A stretch of DNA of 64,000 nt from an uncultured delta proteobacterium (lineage in GTDB: Bacteria; Desulfobacterota; Desulfomonilia; Desulfomonilales; Desulfomonilaceae): positions 224,001 through 288,000 of the forward strand of contig CAWBKB010000007.1 of NCBI GenBank assembly GCA_963789265.1, read 5' to 3'. Positions 60,718 to 64,000 of the stretch are shown one piece after another. A program made the position numbers and the translations under genes. The first letter of the stretch is position 1; each line of letters starts with the position of its first letter. Under the pieces are notes generated by a model, which saw nothing but the letters and a program-made list of their open reading frames with translations, ran no database searches and was not told where the DNA came from.

Positions 60718-62709
60718 CTATTTGCGGAGAATGGGACCGGTGGTCGGGTGATTCGCGAGCGAGGATGCGCCCCTAAAAAATCGACGCGCGCCTGCCCTGA
60801 GCCCTACAAGATTCGAAGCTGAAGCCAGGCCGGACTTCCATCTCTCTTCTACGAAGCTCCTCCAAGCAGGCTTCCTATTCGCCCACGGTATTACCCTTGC
60901 GTGATTCGAATGAATCGAATCGCAGCCTCCCCACGAGATGCCGGCGGAGGCCATCTTCGAGTTCTCCGTTACCTTGTCTACCCATACCAGATTTGTGCCA
61001 TGGCGCCTCAACAGTACCAGGCTGTCATGAGGGGCCGGTTTGTCGAAGCTCACCCCTCGGCTCACGAATCCCCTGGGAAGAACAAAAGCCGGTTGGCAAC
61101 CGGCATTTAATCGATCTCGCTCCGAAGGATAAACGTACCAGGCACGCAGTGTGCGATCGCCGTAAAGCATTCTGATCATGTCCCTCAGGCCCGCCCAACC
61201 GCGTATAACAACGGCCCGTTTGTGATACGATTCCAAGTCAAAAAATACAAAGTTGGTCTTTGGTTTGACTCCAGGGACCTGGCTGATGAGGCTTCTCAAC
61301 AGAACGTTCCTGTCGTGGGCGGCTTCTTTCCAGTCCACACTAAGACCCGCATGAAAAAGAACCATGAAACCTGCACACGTAACAGCGGCGGAATTAGCCA
61401 GCAGTTTGGCTTTCCTGCCTTGCGGACAGGTTACCAGAGTCCCCAGGAGTATTGCGAGCCCGAACGATGCAGAGGAATAGATGCGACCTGCCTCGTGGAA
61501 ATTGAACCAGGCACTGCTTGAGTCTTTAATTACTCCCCATTTCGTCAAAACCGTATTGATGAGCGTTGGGGGCTCACTGCCGTATCCCGCAAGCTGATAG
61601 GGGAGCATACCGCAAAACAGAATCCCAATACCGATTATGATCAAAAAAAATAGATCGCGGCGATTTCCTCCGGTATTCGCCTCCACAGCTTTCTCCGCAC
61701 ATTCGGTGTCCCGAACGACGAAGAATAGCATCCCGGCCGCACTGAGGGTCACCGCGAGGGCCAAAACCCAAATCTGTAGTTCGCCTGGAACCGCTGTGAA
61801 AGGAGCAGCAAGGTATAATGGTAGAAGAGCCCAATAGCCCCACACCAGCATCGGCGATGGGAGAATGCCGGTGCGCTGGACAACTCCGCCGTTTAAAAGG
61901 AGGAACCTTATTGCCAAAGCCGTCACGAACGCGGCCATCACGCCCACGCCGATTCGCGAAATAAAGCTTTTGTCCGATCGTTTGACATTGCGCCTATGGA
62001 TCGGCCACAAAAGCAAAGGGACAATGAATATCAAGAAGCCCTCGGCCTCGTAGGTCAGAAACGAGAGGAGATAAAGGAGTATCGCTGGTACCAATCCCTT
62101 CCACGATTGCGAGCGTTGCGCCCACGTCTGGAACGCCAAAACTCCGGTCCAAAAGAACAGCGCACTAAGCCTGGAATTATCGGTGAATACGACGTATGTA
62201 AGTGACGCTACCATGGGAAGAAAAAACGCAAACAGTACCGACAACACTATCAGTGCGCCGCGTCCCGGGAACGCTTTGGAAAGGCACGCACCCATCAGTA
62301 CGCAAGATCCGGCCAGGAGCAGCAGAGAAAACAAATGAAAGGCAATGCTATTGAAGCTAAAGATCTTGAACATGCTGATCCAATATACGCCTTCCACCGG
62401 GCGGAGAAATTCCTCGGCATAACCCCAGATAGATCCCGGAAACTGGTGCCAGTAAGACCAACCTAGTATCGTCCAATCGTCTCCTTCGAACCCTATGTCC
62501 CCGGTCAAGGCAGTTAACGTGATGGAGTAAATGACAAGTATCGCAGCAAGTAGTAATAACAATCGAATGTTTGAGGCGGCAGAATCTTCAAATCCCGGGT
62601 TTCTCAATTTGCGCTCCGTAAAATTACCAAAATCGACATATCGACAGGTATGATCATTACCAGAGCCAGGATGGCAAGAAAAGAAATTATTTGCCCCGCA
62701 TCTGAGCAT
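60718..62709 (-). CDS. Multi-pass membrane glycosyltransferase-like protein (GT-C/GtrII-like)
   Basis: GFEGDDW, RP, LTYE and about 10 TMs; start uncertain. Confidence 0.7.
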   Translation of the reverse strand: MLRCGANNFFSCHPGSGNDHTCRYVDFGNFTERKLRNPGFEDSAASNIRLLLLLAAILVIYSITLTALTGDIGFEGDDWTILGWSYWHQFPGSIWGYAEEFLRPVEGVYWISMFKIFSFNSIAFHLFSLLLLAGSCVLMGACLSKAFPGRGALIVLSVLFAFFLPMVASLTYVVFTDNSRLSALFFWTGVLAFQTWAQRSQSWKGLVPAILLYLLSFLTYEAEGFLIFIVPLLLWPIHRRNVKRSDKSFISRIGVGVMAAFVTALAIRFLLLNGGVVQRTGILPSPMLVWGYWALLPLYLAAPFTAVPGELQIWVLALAVTLSAAGMLFFVVRDTECAEKAVEANTGGNRRDLFFLIIIGIGILFCGMLPYQLAGYGSEPPTLINTVLTKWGVIKDSSSAWFNFHEAGRIYSSASFGLAILLGTLVTCPQGRKAKLLANSAAVTCAGFMVLFHAGLSVDWKEAAHDRNVLLRSLISQVPGVKPKTNFVFFDLESYHKRAVVIRGWAGLRDMIRMLYGDRTLRAWYVYPSERDRLNAGCQPAFVLPRGFVSRGVSFDKPAPHDSLVLLRRHGTNLVWVDKVTENSKMASAGISWGGCDSIHSNHARVIPWANRKPAWRSFVEERWKSGLASASNLVGLRAGARRFFRGASSLANHPTTGPILRK

Positions 62710-62929
62710 TCGCTTGCGCTCGGGAAAAGATAGTCATTATCTAACATCTACAGCAATGACAAAGGACAGAAGATCCCACGCTTAAAAGAATGCTTCCCTT
62801 GGCATGGATTCCGACGGGGACTTGACCGCCAGATATCCTTTTGATAGCGTCTCACAACAATAGTTGCATCGAAATGGCGCAATATCAAGCCGGTGATTCG
62901 GGGCGTCGCCGGTATTGTGAGAAAATCTA

Positions 62930-64000
62930 ATGTCCGGCGATACAGTCATCAAAATAGACGGTCTCTGGAAACGATATGGTTTGCCGGTTCCGGACGTTTT
63001 TGGAAAAGTTCGTAGTCTTCTGGGAACTTCAAAATCTGCCCGGCGTAATGGCGATGCCCGTGACTGGGCGCTCAGGGATCTTAACCTCGAGGTTCGCCGA
63101 GGAGAAACCGTTGGCATTGTGGGGCGCAATGGCGCAGGAAAGAGCACGCTCCTGAAAGTGCTTGCCGGTGTCACCGCGCCTACTAAAGGCAGAGTGGAGA
63201 TTCACGGCAGAATCTTCCCCATGATAGAGCTCAACGCAGGGTTGAACAAAGAGCTGACCGGCAGAGAAAATGTGCGCCTTCTGGGCGCCGTGATGGGCAT
63301 GACACGCCTTGAGATTGAATCTCGTTTGCCGGAAATAGAGTTTTTTACCGATCTCGGAGAATGGTTTGACAAGCCTGTGAGAATGTATTCCAGCGGAATG
63401 TTGAGCCGCCTGGGCTTCGGCGTTGCCGTGAACGTTGAGAGCGATGTGATTCTTATTGATGAAACTTTTGCCGTGGGTGACCTGAAATTCCAAAACAAAA
63501 GCATGGCCAGGATTAAAGAAATGCGGGAGAGCGGGGTTACGGTATTGCTGGTGAGTCATGGCCTCGAAACCCTGCAATTCGTGGCGCGACGCGGCCTTTT
63601 TTTGGAAGAGGGCCGACTATTGGCCGAAGGTACCGCCCTGGACGCGATCAATGCCTACGAAAAGGCTGTCTTTCGGTCAGACACGGGAGGAGCGGAGGTC
63701 CGTACGAGAAGTCGAATTTCAACCCAGGAAGTTAACATTTACAATGCTCGGCTATATGACGCAGACGGACGGACTCTTAATGAGATTGTAACTGAGACAC
63801 CGTTCGGCATCGAGGTGGATTTGCGCCTGAACCAAATCCTGGAGCGACCTATGTTTTCCATGGGGATTCACAATGATGCCGGAGTGCTATGCAAGTGGAA
63901 CATTTCCTTGGAGGACGGCCTTTCTGTACCCGGTTCGCGCGATCGCTTCCTCGTTAGAGCATGGTATCCTGAAAATCACTTGATGAATGGTCTCTATGAA
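62930..64000 (+). CDS. wzt: Polysaccharide ABC transporter ATP-binding protein with Wzt_C region, 3' partial
   Basis: Own translation from ATG 62930: WALRDLNLEVRRGETVGIVGRNGAGKSTLLK...LTGREN...PVRMYSSGM.SRLGF..A...DVILIDE..AVGD..FQ.K; runs off the window. Confidence 0.92.
   Translation, partial: MSGDTVIKIDGLWKRYGLPVPDVFGKVRSLLGTSKSARRNGDARDWALRDLNLEVRRGETVGIVGRNGAGKSTLLKVLAGVTAPTKGRVEIHGRIFPMIELNAGLNKELTGRENVRLLGAVMGMTRLEIESRLPEIEFFTDLGEWFDKPVRMYSSGMLSRLGFGVAVNVESDVILIDETFAVGDLKFQNKSMARIKEMRESGVTVLLVSHGLETLQFVARRGLFLEEGRLLAEGTALDAINAYEKAVFRSDTGGAEVRTRSRISTQEVNIYNARLYDADGRTLNEIVTETPFGIEVDLRLNQILERPMFSMGIHNDAGVLCKWNISLEDGLSVPGSRDRFLVRAWYPENHLMNGLYE

Overview
Bacterial genomic DNA with Desulfobacterota-like gene content. 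A Desulfomonilaceae origin is my inference only. No rRNA, tRNA or CRISPR array was seen. (1) 1-12.2 kb is an accessory/conflict island: FRG protein, beta-sandwich + NDT-like protein, decayed TA pairs, a RAYT remnant with its REP-like motifs, an IS with a 7-bp target duplication, and a HEPN-like gene. Its core is the most novel-looking feature: a solitary SU10/DUF5309-like major capsid gene directly followed by a polymorphic nuclease toxin (N-terminal QRRWWFATHPE motif, EC869-type CdiA-CT), its CdiI-like immunity gene, and a REP-bounded orphan Tox-GHH-like tip/immunity cassette. No other phage gene occurs in the window. (2) 12.6-22 kb: corA, a protease/7TM-transglutaminase/ATP-grasp operon, and envelope proteins. 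(3) 22-47 kb: a surface-polysaccharide region (Wza-like, GT-C-like, SGNH, gmhA, CapD-like, Wzc-like) that contains an ISL3-associated 570-bp duplication and a lasso peptide cluster (RRE, B2, cyclase, precursor, kinase, B12-radical SAM, nucleotidyltransferase) whose predicted core starts with His. (4) 47-60 kb: carbonic anhydrase and an atypical chemosensory operon with two degenerate CheB domains, DUF4388 domains, ParA, a CheA carrying HhH, and no CheR. (5) 60-64 kb: a membrane glycosyltransferase and a partial Wzt. About eleven single frameshifts in otherwise intact genes suggest sequencing indels. All family assignments come from motif recognition by eye, not from database searches.
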